A stretch of DNA of 64,000 nt from Phaeosaccion multiseriatum (GCA_965112735.1 OZ218956.1:1178001-1242000), one strand, 5' to 3'; numbered from the stretch's first letter, positions 1-12,344 are shown. The notes: generated by a model not told the origin, from the letters alone. Program-made: numbers and translations.

Positions 1-3000
1 GACGCAGGACGCCTTTGGCAAGATCGGACGTGGTCTGGCCGAGTACGTCTGGGGGGAGGACACGACGAGGACGGCAGAAGATGCCATGGCCCTGGCTCTT
101 TCGCAATGGTCAGAGGACCTCGTCAGCGTCCTACGCAAGCTTGCGGAGGGCCAACAGCCGACCGACGAGGAGCTCCGACTGGCCAACGTGGGCAAGTACG
201 ACTACAAGGCGCGCTCGTTCCCCAACGCCACCCCCAAGGACGAGAAAATGAACTACATCGTCCACCACTTCCTGCCTCTGCATTGTGCGGACGCCGTCGC
301 CTCCGAACTTGAACGTGTCGGCGAGTTCCAGGTGGCCGGCAAGGTCAAAGCCCGCGCTGCACAGGCTACTGGAGATGTATTCTGCGTGGGAGTCACTTCG
401 GGCGAGGGCAGAGACGATTGCCCGCTCAGGTATGACGGTATGACACTTTGCTTTTTACCATTGACTTATTTACAACACCTGTGGCTGTGGGCCGCTTTTC
501 TCTTATTTTGGATTTGACCAACGCCCGCCCGGTGCACCCTCTCCCCAGGTATCATCCGGAGACCTACAACGACGACCAGTACAAGAAACGCCGCCCCTCG
601 GGTTCGAAGCCAACGACCTGCTCGTTTTGGGTTCTCCTCTGTGCATGCTTTCACACGGGCTGCCTTGACGAGTACGGCGACCTTCTCCGGGTCTACAAAT
701 GGAGGTCGGGGGGACCAAAGGAAGAGTCCATCGCCCACGAGACCCTCATGATCTTGGGGCCCTTGGGCGGCATCCTAAACCATAATTGCTTGAACAAGCA
801 AATTGGGCGTGGATTTACGCACGACCAGTGCTCACGTGGAGGTGAGTTGATGATCGGCGGTGGCAAGCAAGGGAAGCGGGACGTCCTCGGCGTGGGTTGG
901 TGAGACTCAAACGCAAATGACTCAAGTTTTCTCCCTTTCCTTCCTTCCTTGTTCAGGTGCCAGCGATGCCCATGAAGAGTACAAGAGGGAGCATCAGTGG
1001 CCCGACGGACAGACCAAGTGGATCCTGGGCGGTAAGGTTACAGGGCGTGTGTGAGGGTGTATTTTCTTCCCTTCGTGTGTGGGGTCGAGTCATGACTGTT
1101 ACCCCTCATTCCTCTACAATTCTCTCTTCTCTTTGCTTCTCTTTCCTCCTTCCTTCCTTCCTTGTTCAGGTATCACCGACGCAAAGCCTGCTACCAAACA
1201 GGCAAACGGCTACGGCGAGCAGGACACCAAGTGGAACGTGGCCGGTGAGGATACAAGAGTGGTGTGACGTTTGCGTTTCCTTCGTAGCTAGGGGGGTTTG
1301 AGTCCGTGGAAATCCTTGCCATGTGATGTGACTAACGAATGCACCTTTCCCTTGCCTTCTTGCTTATGCAGGTAGGATAGGAGGTAAGTCAACAACAGTG
1401 GCAGCTATATGACGGTCGATTTCCTTCGTAGGGGGGCGAGGGTGAGGGGTCATTACGTCCACACGTGGCTGTGTGTCCAGTCGTATGCCACCGCCACGTC
1501 CTGCCTTTGAAAACCACGAACCCTTGTGTCTCTTGTGCGTGAAGGTCGCAAGTGCCTGCTTGGCCGCTCCACCAACGAAGCCAACGCCGCGGCCACGGCA
1601 GATCGGGCGGAAGCGGACGAGGAGCTGCGCCAGCTTGGAGACACGGACGATGAGGAGGACGAGGACCACAGACGGAGGCGCTTGGCAGCGAAAGAGAAGA
1701 AGCGGGAGGCAGTGAAGGTCATGGATGACCATGCCCGTGCTGCACCGATCCGGAAGAGAGCAGGTACGTTTTGTGCTTTAGCTAGCTCGATGGATCGCCA
1801 CAGTGCGAAAGGAGGTATGGTTTCCTGATGGTGCATTTCCTTCGCTTTGTATGTCCCACATTTTGCCAGGCAGACTTGCGCCGCATTCCATTCCATTCGA
1901 GTGGAGAAGCATCATGTGACTAACGAATGCATACTTCTCTTGCCTTCTTGCTTGTTCAGGCACGAACGGAGGTAAGCCAAGTACAGTTCCTTGCTTCGCA
2001 GTGGGGCTAGGCTACCCGTGCATCCGTGACGCCGCCCCTCAGCTCATTCCATGGGAAGTGACTAAGCAATGCAATGCCTGCTTCCCTTGCTTATTCAGGT
2101 CCGAAAGATGCATTGCCTGCTACCAAAAAGGCACGGGGCTACGCTGAAGGAGACACCAAGTGGAACAGGGCCGGTAAGATTACAGGAGTGCTGTGAGTTT
2201 GCGTTTCTTTCGTAGTGGCTGGTGATTTCCCACCACACGCGTGTGTGGGTGTGTGTGTCCGGTCTAATGCCAAAGGAAACCATGAACCCTTGTTTCTCTC
2301 GTGCGTGAAGGTCCCAAAAGCCTGATTGGCCGCTCCACCAGGAACGCCCGCGACGAGGCCATGGCGACTTTGGCGAAAGTGGACGAGGAGCGGCGCCAGC
2401 TGAGAAACCCGGGCGAGGAGGAGGACGAGGACCACAGACAGAGGCGCTTGGCGGCGGAGGAGAAGGAGCGGGGGGCAGAGAAGGTCATAGAGGACTTTGA
2501 CCGTGCTTACAAGCACCGGCAGAAATCAGGTACAGTATGGATGTGACTGTGTGCGTGCTCTAGCTCGAGAGTAGTAAGGTTCTTGCTTCTTTTTATCAGC
2601 CCCGTGAATGCCTTTGCTCCTCGCACACCCTTTCACCCTTGTTCATTTCCTTTGCAGGTGCGGCGGGCTTGGGGAAAGCAAAGCCGGGCTCAGGTCCGAG
2701 GGGACAGGACCTTTCTGGAAGGAAGCCAAACAACTTCCTGGCCCCATACCGCTTCCTCCCGGGGGAAACGATCAGGACCCGCTTTGGCGGCGTGGAGCGG
2801 ACGAGCGAGCTGCCGCACATCATTGGAGTGTGCAACCGGGATTGCGTGCCTGATTCGTCATCGGCCCTTTACTTCTTCGTCACCGACGCAGACATTTTCG
2901 TGGAGGAGAGGAGGTGCCACTCGTGCCGGGGAGGGTCTTCCCTGGGCTCCCTGAAGGTCACAGAGGCTTGGAACAAGGAGCTGGAACAATCTGAGCTCCC

Positions 3001-3091
3001 CTACCGCCCCGCATCATACGTCACTGTCAAGAAGTACAAAGACGACTTCCTACAGAAGGATGAGATCGTAGTGCGGGGTGGAGATGCGTGA
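1..3091 (+). CDS. Hypothetical protein, 5'-truncated by the window edge, with 10 visible exons including duplicated cassettes
   Basis: Frame-consistent GT-AG model: <1-429, 549-841, 957-1031, 1170-1244, 1372-1383, 1545-1763, 1960-1971, 2099-2173, 2311-2529, 2658-3091 (TGA). The frame is open upstream of ATG 86 to the edge. GACTAAC branch points precede both micro-exons. No recognisable domain. Confidence 0.75.
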
Positions 3092-3896
3092 ATGACCCGC
3101 TACATCGGTAGGGTAGAGGCATCTATCTCATGCTAGCTACAGCCAGAAGCACTCACAGCGCATAGAGAGGAGTATAGAATATAGTTCGTACAACACACCT
3201 AACCCGCTACATCGGTATATTGCCATTGCACGCGGCCAAGTGGACACTGTACGGTGGCTGCATGCCAATGCGCATGGTTTCTGTGTATGGGATGGTCTTC
3301 TTTGCGAATTTGCGGTGCGCTTGCTCCAGAACTTCTAGCACTGCTGCAGCGGCTCCGCTCCGAAGAAGTGGGTTGCGAGTGGGACAAGAGGGCTTGTCAT
3401 CAAAGTCACTTTCCTGACTTGGGCACAAGCGCCGCCATACAAGAAGTCATCCTATGCAAAATGAAAGAAACACAAACCACACCTCCGCTTGCGTGCCCCA
3501 CCTACATCTCTACACCTCTGTGGGTCATATCGTAGCTAGGTCCTCAGCCGCAGTCTCGATACACACTCTCCAGAGTCTCGTTCAAGAAGCTGACTTGCGC
3601 GTGCGTTTCCATTCGCCTCCTGACACCACTGCTCCTACTGCCGCAGCACTCGACTTGAAGGCTCACGTGCTGGGGAGAGAGGGGCTTGGGGGCGGGGAGG
3701 ACTCGTCCTAGACTGGCCTCGCTAAGCAGAGCAATGTTCTTGACGATGGCGAGGTCGTGTTGGCGCGGGACGAGCAAGGCGGCGAAAAGAGGGTGTCGGG
3801 GGGGGGCGGGGTCGAGGGGGCGGTGAGACGAATAGCCACAGCCAAGGCTGACGCTCTGCGAGTCCTCACCTCCCCCGCCCCTCAGCCGTCTGTCTC

Positions 3897-6049
3897 ACCT
3901 GCTCGTGTGAGCTCTGCCCCAGGAGGGTGTCGGGGTTGTTGGCGAGCGCTTCCCAACAATCAACCTACGCCAGACAGTTGGATGGGATGGAGGCAGAGAA
4001 TACAGTGCGTCAAGGCTGTGCTTGGGTTCTAGTGGTGCATCACTCCACTTGCGTCTTTCGGTTGAGTGAGTGCACTTGACCTGCACGCCTGACCTTTCTG
4101 AGCTCGGTCTCCACCGCTCGCAGTACCCGCTTCATGGCTCCCGTCCGTCCCTCGGCGCTGTCCTCGGCCTTCTTGGCATGGGCAAGCTGCTTGGAGGCCT
4201 ACTGGGCGCCGGGCGGGGGGGGTCAGTCCGAAAGGAGTGGAGGCAAAAGGGGAGCGGAGCATAGAACAAGGGCGGAGGCGAGTGGGGGCGTACATGCGTT
4301 ATAGGCACACACTCACCCAGTTACTGTCATCCTCTCTCTCTCTCTGTTGCTTATCTGCTTGTCTGTCTTGACTCTCTGTCGATGACCCTTGCTTCTGTTT
4401 TCTCTCCCAGCACCCTCATTGTTTCACTCTCTAGTACCTCGTTGTCCATCTTGATCCTCTCCCCCTCCCTCCCTCCCTCCCTCCCTCCCTCCCTCCCTCC
4501 CTCCCTCCCGCCTTCCCGTCCCACCCACCTTCAGAAATGCCTCTGCCTCCGTGCTGATCTGCTCTTTCCGAGCCACCGCCAGCAGATGCGAGGCGGAGCA
4601 AACAGAGGCGCACATTTGTCGCGCTACCACGGTCTCCGCTGCCAGCTCCTTGTCCTACGGTTCAAGACAAGAGGCAGAGCGGAATGAGCAACATATGAGA
4701 GGGCAGTGTGAAGGAGAAGGGGTTTAAGAAGGAAGAATGACATGCTGATAGGGTTGTTGAATGAAAAGGGTTTGTTTTGTGGTCGAGGAAGTGAAGCTTG
4801 TAATAGGCGATGGTTTTCCCGCCCAGCCAGCCCCCGTTGCAATAGTGACGTGACACGATCGAAGGGTCACACGATTGACGATGAAGAGTACGCAGTAACA
4901 CAAGCAATGGCTCGTAACGGCGGGTAGTTAGCTGATAGCACCTGTACTGCTCTATCCGCCGCGGCCTCCAGCAGCCTGACGTCGACCTCTGCTTGTTCCT
5001 CCACAAGTCTGCACGCAGCCATCGCCTTCGTCCTGCTGAGACGCAGAGCTTCCTGCTTCTCCTGCACGTCTCGCCGTATGGTCTGAAGGAGCATGGCAGG
5101 GGTGTGCGGGAGGCAGTGTGTAGCGTGAGGTTTGGCGTGAGATAGGTGTGGGTGTGTGTGAGAGAGCGTCCCCGTAGAAAGGGTGTGCATGTTACCTGCG
5201 TCTCCAGCATTATCTCATTCTTGATGCTCTGCTCTAGGTCCAAAACAGTCTGTTGTAGCAAAGGAAGGGTGTGGGTGCATGCATGCATGCGAGCGAGCGA
5301 GCGAGCTGGCTGTGAGCGTGAGTGGTGTGACCCAGCCAAGCATCCCCGTCAAGCCGGTCATCCCACCACGTGTACTGTACAAAGGGGGGGGTGCATGACG
5401 TCACGGCACAGCAGTAGTAGTGATGACGCATCGCTCCATCCGTCCTTTTCAATCTCACACACCCCTCTCAAACTACTAACGAAGGGTGCGGAGCGGCGGG
5501 GTGTAACAAAAGCAAGGTCCTCTGCTCAAGTGAAGGGCATCACGTACACACCCGGCCTTACCTGCGCATGCCGCTCCTTCTGCATGCTCGCTCTGTGCCC
5601 CCACGCCTCCTCGAGACGCACCGACTGCAGGAGCGTCTTGCCCGCCATCGCACTCGCCTAAGCAAGGAGGAAGGCCGCACGCCCGCCCGCACGCACGCAC
5701 GCACACCGTACATAGGCATATATCCCCCACCCCAGGGAAGGGCAAACCCAAGCAGTGTGAAGGGCATGTGAGGCGTCAGAAGAGGAGGGAAAGAAGGAGA
5801 AGGGTGCGCGTGTGTGTGGTTCTATGCTGCCTGCCTCGGCTGTTGTACGGCGTGAGTGGGTGCGTGGGTGCGTGCGCATGGGAGTCCTGATCCGCAGGTG
5901 CCATGCTCCAACTTTCCTTCCTTCCTCTGGACGAGCATGCATCGCTCTCACCATGTCGGGCGGTACCTCCACATCGGTGATTATCGCGTCGACCACCAGC
6001 ACGCCTTGGGGTCGCAGCGTGCGATTGAGAAGTTCACGCAGGTACTCTC

Positions 6050-6092
<43 letters not shown>

Positions 6093-7931
6093 CGTATCAC
6101 CAACCGCTGACGATGGTGCTGATGCTGGTGCCGGAGTAGCAGCCCCATCCCTTTCATCCTTGCCCTTGCTGCTGTCGTCGACATTAACACCTCGCTGTGC
6201 ACCCAATGGCATGCGCGTGCTACTCTCCGCCTCCTCTCTCCCGCCTCCGCTTGGTCGTGGTGCCTCCGTCGGTGGTGCCGACCTCTGCCCCCCTTCCCTT
6301 CCTCTCCCCTCCCCTCCCCCACTACTAGTCCTACCCCCCCCATCCCTTTCTTCGTTACTGCTGCTCTGACTGTTGCCATCCGGGGCAAAGAACGCCGTTG
6401 CTACACCCTCTCTCCCACTTCCTTCGCCATCGCCTTCGCCTCCTGCCATTGCTCTATGAGCACAAGCCTCGTCAGGAACCACAGATGCTGGGCGTGGCCG
6501 TGACCTTTGGTTTCCATCGATGGATATCCCTCGCCTACACCTACTCGACGATTCCTCCTCTCCTTTCCCTTTGTAAGTGCTCCCCCGTCCATCACAGGCT
6601 GTAGCTCGGTGTGTCAGGTGGACAGCACGAGGGTGCCAATGTTTATCATCGCCACACAATGCACGTGCGCGTAGCGAGGAAGAGACGCTAAAGTCAGTGA
6701 GTGTTTCACCCCTTCCTTTTGCTTAGGGTGGTTCACTTACCTCTCTCATCATTGTCGGCGTCGTCGTCTGCGGGTGCCACTCTCGCGGCGTTGGTAGCGA
6801 CAGGACGTGAAGGAAGCTTCAAGCTCAAACTCCTCCTGGACGTGTTTGCAAAGAAGGTTGGCGCTCTTCCCTCCTCCTCCTCCTCCTCCTGCTGCTGCTG
6901 TCGCTGCTGTTCCTGCTCTCCGATGGTGGGTGTGTGGGGCATCACCAAACCTTTGGGTAGAGCCGCCACCCGTGACCTCCGAACATTGGGGGTGACATTC
7001 TTTATCGGCAAGTGGTCGAGGGCCAACGAAGACTTCCTCCTCTCTGCGGCAACTTTATTCGAGCGGCTGGGCCCTCTCCGAGTGATGTTTCGAACGCTTT
7101 CACACGTTCTTGACCGAACCAGTGCTCGTATGGCCTCCTCCAGACACGATTCCAGCTGTTGTGCGTCCAAGGGTTGGGAGCGAAAGGGAGACACAGAAAA
7201 ATCTTGAAGGGATGCTTCCCTATATAATCGCACGTAAGAAGCGAAAGAAGCACAATTTTAACAGACCAACCTGAGAATTCAGCCCCCGCGGGCCTACTTC
7301 GTACACAAACTTTCGGACGCTCTCCCCGCTCTCTCCTCGACTCTCTTCCCCCATGATGCGCAGCACCAGCAGAACGGCGACGCCCACAAAGACGTTGTCT
7401 ATGGTTAGACATCTTTTGCTCACCCCTTGCCAAGTGAAGTGGCGCTTGGTGACAAGGTGACTCAGCTGCAGTGCGAACAAGATGCCAACAACAGCAACAA
7501 GTAAGTCAAGCAACAAGGCGAATTGATGAGAACTCTCTCCTTGCTTCCCTGTCTGCCGCTCTACTCACCCGTGTAGAAGGGGATACCCAGTGCCACCCAG
7601 CCGGCCAGACTGCGCTGCCCTTGTGGCTCTTGCCCCCCGAGAAGTCCAAGTCTCTGCCTCCCCCAGTCCTCATCAGAGCATAGCATCCCTCCGGTATCAA
7701 TAAAAAGGGCAAAATTCGGTACATTCCGCCCCTGAATGCCGCCGGCATCTGGCATACGAGGACTGTACTCTCGACGCCTCTTCCAGCAGAGTGGCCAGTG
7801 TCGAAGCCACCGAAGATAAGCTCCGCCTCCCCCACCGTCTCCACATTCACTGTCGTAAAAAGGGGATGATCCCCCTCATCCTTTCCCGAAGACCAGACTT
7901 TATCTCTTCGAGTGGTATCCTGCAGCTCCAT
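3897..7931 (-). CDS. SPFH/band-7 (stomatin/prohibitin-like) protein, multi-exon; 3' end uncertain and may extend to about 3200-3550
   Basis: Spliced peptides IPEGCYALM..AVWPAGWHW / LSHLVTKRHF..KRCLTIDNVFV..FVYEVGPRGLNSQ / LESCLEEAIRALVRS / LNRTLRPQGVLVVDAIITDVEVPPDM / ASAMAGKT fit the SPFH core, followed by coiled-coil exons. Approximate exons: 7931-7569, 7465-7271, 7155-6741, 6598-5952, ~5658-5562, ~5249-5196, ~5082-4942, ~4654-4530, ~4198-4094, ~3963-3898. Confidence 0.75.
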
Positions 7932-8166
7932 GGGGGGAGCTTCTCCTTAGGGAGGTACACGCGGCAAACAACCACGGTATCTATTCGGGAGCACCATCTG
8001 TTCCAGAGCAAGGAGCGAGGACGAAAGGTAATTGGGGAGGAGAAGCACAACAACTTCGAAACGTTTTTTGTTTTTTTGTTTTTTTTTTTGAAATGGAGAA
8101 CCAACTTGAGGAGTTAGACAATAGACGGCACTTAATGGTGTAATAGGAACCAGCTAAAAGGTCATT

Positions 8167-8554
8167 CCTCCCTCCCTCCCTCCCTCCCTCCCTCCCTCCC
8201 TCCCTCCCTCCCTCCCTCCCTCCCTCCCTCCCTCCCTCCCTCCCTCCCTCCCTCCCTCCCTCCCTCCCTCCCTCCCTCCCTCCCTCCCTCCCTCCCTCCC
8301 TCCCTCCCTCCCTCCCTCCCTCCCTCCCTCCCTCCCTCCCTCCCTCCCTCCCTCCCTCCCTCCCTCCCTCCCTCCCTCCCTCCCTCCCTCCCTCCCTCCC
8401 TCCCTCCCTCCCTCCCTCCCTCCCTCCCTCCCTCCCTCCCTCCCTCCCTCCCTCCCTCCCTCCCTCCCTCCCTCCCTCCCTCCCTCCCTCCCTCCCTCCC
8501 TCCCTCCCTCCCTCCCTCCCTCCCTCCCTCCCTCCCTCCCTCCCTCCCTCCCTC
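8167..8554. repeat. (CCCT)n tetranucleotide microsatellite, about 390 bp, perfect
   Basis: Directly visible. It produces the spurious GGRE-repeat ORFs in the ORF track. Confidence 0.97.
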
Positions 8555-8730
8555 CGACCCTGGATAAGATTACGGTGTGCGCCGGCGGCATCAGCCCCCG
8601 GCTGGCGCATAATCAGTAATAAGGCCAGCTGGAATAATCAGTAATCAGGCCGGCTGGCGCCGGTCATAATCAGTAATCAGGCCGGCTGCGCCGGCCGTAA
8701 TCAGTAATCAGATAATCTTGTCCAGGGTCG
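8555..8730. mobile_element. MITE-like element (176 bp) with 18-bp TIRs and internal tandem repeats
   Basis: CGACCCTGGATAAGATTA (8555-8572) and TAATCTTGTCCAGGGTCG (8713-8730) are inverted repeats matching at 17/18. About four internal TAATCAGTAAT(C/A)AG units, most followed by GCC(G/A)GCTG. Non-coding. Confidence 0.7.
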
Positions 8731-8800
8731 AGGCCTAGGCCTAGAACCGCCGGCCTAGGGAGAAAAAATGACCGGCCTAGAGCATAGGCTTCTAGGCCAG
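8731..8800. repeat. CTAGGCC/GGCCTAG-rich dispersed repeat fragment
   Basis: The reverse complement of 8753-8786 matches 32906-32939 at 27/34 positions without gaps. Confidence 0.6.
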
Positions 8801-9163
8801 TCTGGAGCCGAGCATATAGTATAAGCATATAAGCCCCCCTCGCTCATTTACATGTGAACAAAATTTTTGAGCTCCTGTGGAGTCCTGATGTTGATTCACT
8901 GCCAGAGCTATTGTTTGTCTACTGCTGCCCCTGGTTCTTAGTTCATCTTCCGGCCAGCCAGCCACCCGGCAGCCCACCCGGCCCGGCCCGCCTCGCTAAC
9001 GTTCCATCGCAAAGAGCCAACCCTCGCCATTCTTCGTGCGATCGTATCGTAAAATCAAACAACTTACGTACACGGGAAGGGGGTGGGGTGTGTATAACAT
9101 AATACACTATATACACATCCCTTTTCCTCCCCCCCCCCTCCACCAAATCAAACACGTTTACTC

Positions 9164-10664
9164 TCACTTGCGCATCGAGTGGAGCTGCTGCTGCAGGGCC
9201 ACTGCTCGCTCCTTGGCTGCGCTGGCCATCCGCCCGCAGTCCTCCACCCACTCCTCCGCCTGGCCATCGTCGTCGGTCCGAAAGACCGCTTCCCTGCGCC
9301 CCTCCGTGCGGAAGAGGGCCTTGGTGCCCCTGTGCTTGACAAAGCCCCGCAGCCGGAATTCAACCGCATCCGAAATAGAAGGAGATGAGCAGGGTGCTCC
9401 GCCCAATGCGGTCTCTACTACCGCTGCTCCTGCTCCTGCTCCTGCTGCTGCTGCTGGTGCTACTACTGCCGGTGGCGACGGTAGTGGCAGTGGTCCTTCT
9501 CCCTCCATGCTTTGCTTGCCCACCATAACGGTCCGGCTCTCCGCCATCTCAAACGTAAGCGTGGGAGTGACCAACCGCATCACGTCGCGGTCGCTGTCCG
9601 TGCCATCGCAGCAAAGGAGGTTGGTGTCCATGCTGGCCCCCGTAAAAAGTGCCTTGAGTAAGGCCTCTCTGCTGCTGCTGGACTTGCTCGCTGCCTCCTC
9701 CTCCTCCTCCTCCTCCTCCTCTTCCTTCTTGTCCTTCTTGTCCTCCTCCTCCTTTTCCTCCCTCTCCTGCTCCTCCTCCTCCTCCTCCTCCTCCTCCGGC
9801 AGGTCAAACACGTGCAGGAAACTGTCAATGGTGAGCACTCCCACAGCCTCCACCCACACGTCGTCCTCTCCCGTGCCACTTCGCCCTACGGACTTTTTCC
9901 GCTGCATCCTTCCAATGCGCACCGCAAGCGGCGACTGCCTTGCGAAGCGAGACAAGGCTTGCTCCCGACATGTGTCCGCCGCCGCATGCACAGAAGGCGT
10001 GCCCACTACCACTGATGGAGCGCTTTGCGTCCGCCGCACTCTCCACCTCCTCGGCGGCAGGTCTGGATCGTCACGGTGGGCATCTGATCCCCCTCCTCCT
10101 CCTCTTCCTCCTGCTGCTGCTGCCGCGGCGGCGGCGTTGTTGGCCATTGTCACCCTTGTAATAATGTCCTTCAACTCAATCTGAATGCCCTCCACCTTGG
10201 TCGCCATGCCATCCAGTGCCGTCGAAATCGCGCTGGAAATACCCTCGGGCATGTCCCTTCTTTCCTGCCCCACCTCTCCCACCCAGGCGGCCTGCCTACA
10301 TGCCATGAAGCTGTTCACGGCCTGCTTGACCTCCAGGCGAGACAAGCGAATCATTGACCGCACCTTGGTAAACAAGGCCTGGAGCCGGAGCAGCATGCTC
10401 TGAAAGAGACTCTGCTGTTGCCGCACCGCCCCATGGTACTGAAAGGTGGCAAGCCACTGGCAATTACTCAGGGCGGCTGCTGTCAGCGTGCTGGTGCTTC
10501 CTCTCCTGCCCTCCATGCGGTCGACGGTGCGGGAGAAGGTCGCCACCGCGTTCTGAAACCGCCGCTCGACGTCGGCATTGACGCTGTGCAGAATGTCCAT
10601 AATTCCACACCCCCTCTCCTTCACCGCCCGGGAGATTCGCCTCACCTCCGCCTGTGTTTGTTTG

Positions 10665-10702
<38 letters not shown>

Positions 10703-12070
10703 ATGGGGGGGGGGGGGGCAAAGAGAGAGAGAGAGAGTAAGTCGCAGTGAGCGAAGCAAGTCCAGTAATTCTCGCTTCACCGCCACGGCGCCCCCTCCCC
10801 CAACTGGATGAGAGATTTTCTTCTTCTCTTTGTTACCTGAAGCATCTCCACTTTGAGCATAGCGCTTTCCTCCATCCGATTGCACAGCTTCTCCACGGTA
10901 GCGGCCTGTTCATCATCCGCCGCTGCCAGAGACCGCAGCAGATGCCTGCCACTAGCACAGGAGCTGCCCACAGTCCCGGGCATGCTGCTCGGAGGGGGGA
11001 GGACGGGGGTGCTGATGGGCGTGGACGACCCGGGGGAGGATGTTGCCTCTGCTGCCTCGCCTCCCGCTGGTGCTCCGTCGCCTGCACTTGCAGCCGTCCC
11101 AGCGCTGGGGGATGACGGCGGCCGTTGCGCCTCTGAGGGGGGAGGCGCGGTTATTGCGGCAAGCGTGGATTGACTGTGCGCACGTAAGCTCCTCGCCCGC
11201 TCCCTCTCCTGGGCAATGTGCCCAGCAAGGTAGGCTCGGAAGGCCTCCGTAATGGCCTCCGTCTCGCGTGTTGCTCTCAGCAGGCCCTCTGAAGGTCAGG
11301 GTCAGAAATCGTAAGAAAAGGCGAGAACAAACGATTCATGACAATAGAGGAAAGGGACATCCCCCATGACTCACGTGTGTAGGCCTGGCACTTGTCCAAA
11401 TCCGCCTCCGTGGACACCTGATGCAACTCTTCGAGGCTTGAGACTTGCTCCAGTTCGCGACGCTTCTTCCTCTTTACAACTTCCTCTTCTTCGTCATCGT
11501 CCCCCTCCTCCTGTGCGGCATGTCCACCGCTGCTCGTCGGTGAAAACGCGGCTGCTGTGGTTGACCGCAGGAGTTGAGGTGACGGTGTCCCACACTCCGT
11601 CAACGGGGTACAGGAGGCCCTGCTTGTTCCTGTCTTTGAACTCCCCTCCTCCTCTTCCTCGCTGCCCTGCAGTGCCATGGAAGTGCCGCTGGCGGGCGAG
11701 TCGCGGGGCGAGGTGTCGACGCTCGGCGGTGCTCTGATGGTGCCCTTGCACGAATCGAAGCTCTCGCTTGAGGTTGCTGCTGAGTTGGCGCACGAGTCTC
11801 GGCCTCGAAAGTCTCTTGTGCCTTCAAATCCTACAGATGAGAGCTTTTCCGAGAACAACGAGAACTTGCCCATCCCCCCGTGCTCGTTCGCTTGCCTGTG
11901 CCTCATTTCTTTCACCTTTCAGCCACGAGAATTCAGTACATGGATTCATTCATTGAGAGAATTACTCTATAGGCCGGTCGGTTCGGAAAGCAAGTGCTGC
12001 GATGCCGTGTGTGTACTGATGATGATGATGCTGCTGTTAGCGATGGAACGCCTTTCGTTCCCTCAACCAT
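9164..12070 (-). CDS. Coiled-coil (BAR-like) plus C-terminal PH-domain protein
   Basis: Long final exon (~10651-9164) with a helical region (WLATFQYHGAVRQQQ..LQALFTKVRSM) and PH-like elements (WVEAVGVLTIDSFLHVFD..AVFRTDDDGQAEEWV). Upstream exons at about 11288-10837 and 11915-11395. The start is uncertain (ATG near 12070 or 11906). Confidence 0.6.
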
Positions 12071-12344
12071 AAAAGGAAGGGGGAACTGCAACCCCTTGAC
12101 GTTGCGAGAGGTTGGAAGTCCCAAAAAACAAGAAAAAGAAAAAATCCTAGAATCGACTTTTTTAGAAAGTCGAGCTCGATTTGGAAATAACGGAAATACT
12201 CCTGTCCCCCTCCTCCTCTCTTTAGTAACCCTCCTCTCTTTGTGAGGTCAGCAGTCCATGGGAGTCTGGGGGAGGACTCTGCTGGGAGGTTCATGCCTTC
12301 TCAGCACAAGAATGCCCTGCTGAGGCAGAAGCCCACCCAGCAAA
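12071..12344. promoter_or_regulatory. Short divergent (bidirectional) promoter region
   Basis: About 270 bp between head-to-head genes, with A/T tracts at 12123-12190. Confidence 0.4.

Noticed and set aside
3199-3777. Short minus-strand ORFs as a separate gene
   Set aside because: They could be terminal exons or UTR of the SPFH gene. I could not fix the junctions.
7981-8610. ORFs encoding (GGRE)n
   Set aside because: These are translations of the (CCCT)n microsatellite. The same applies to the poly-E/L/S/R/P and THSL ORFs at about 23500-23900, 41100-41500, 50200-50700, 55630-56060 and 57840-58400.
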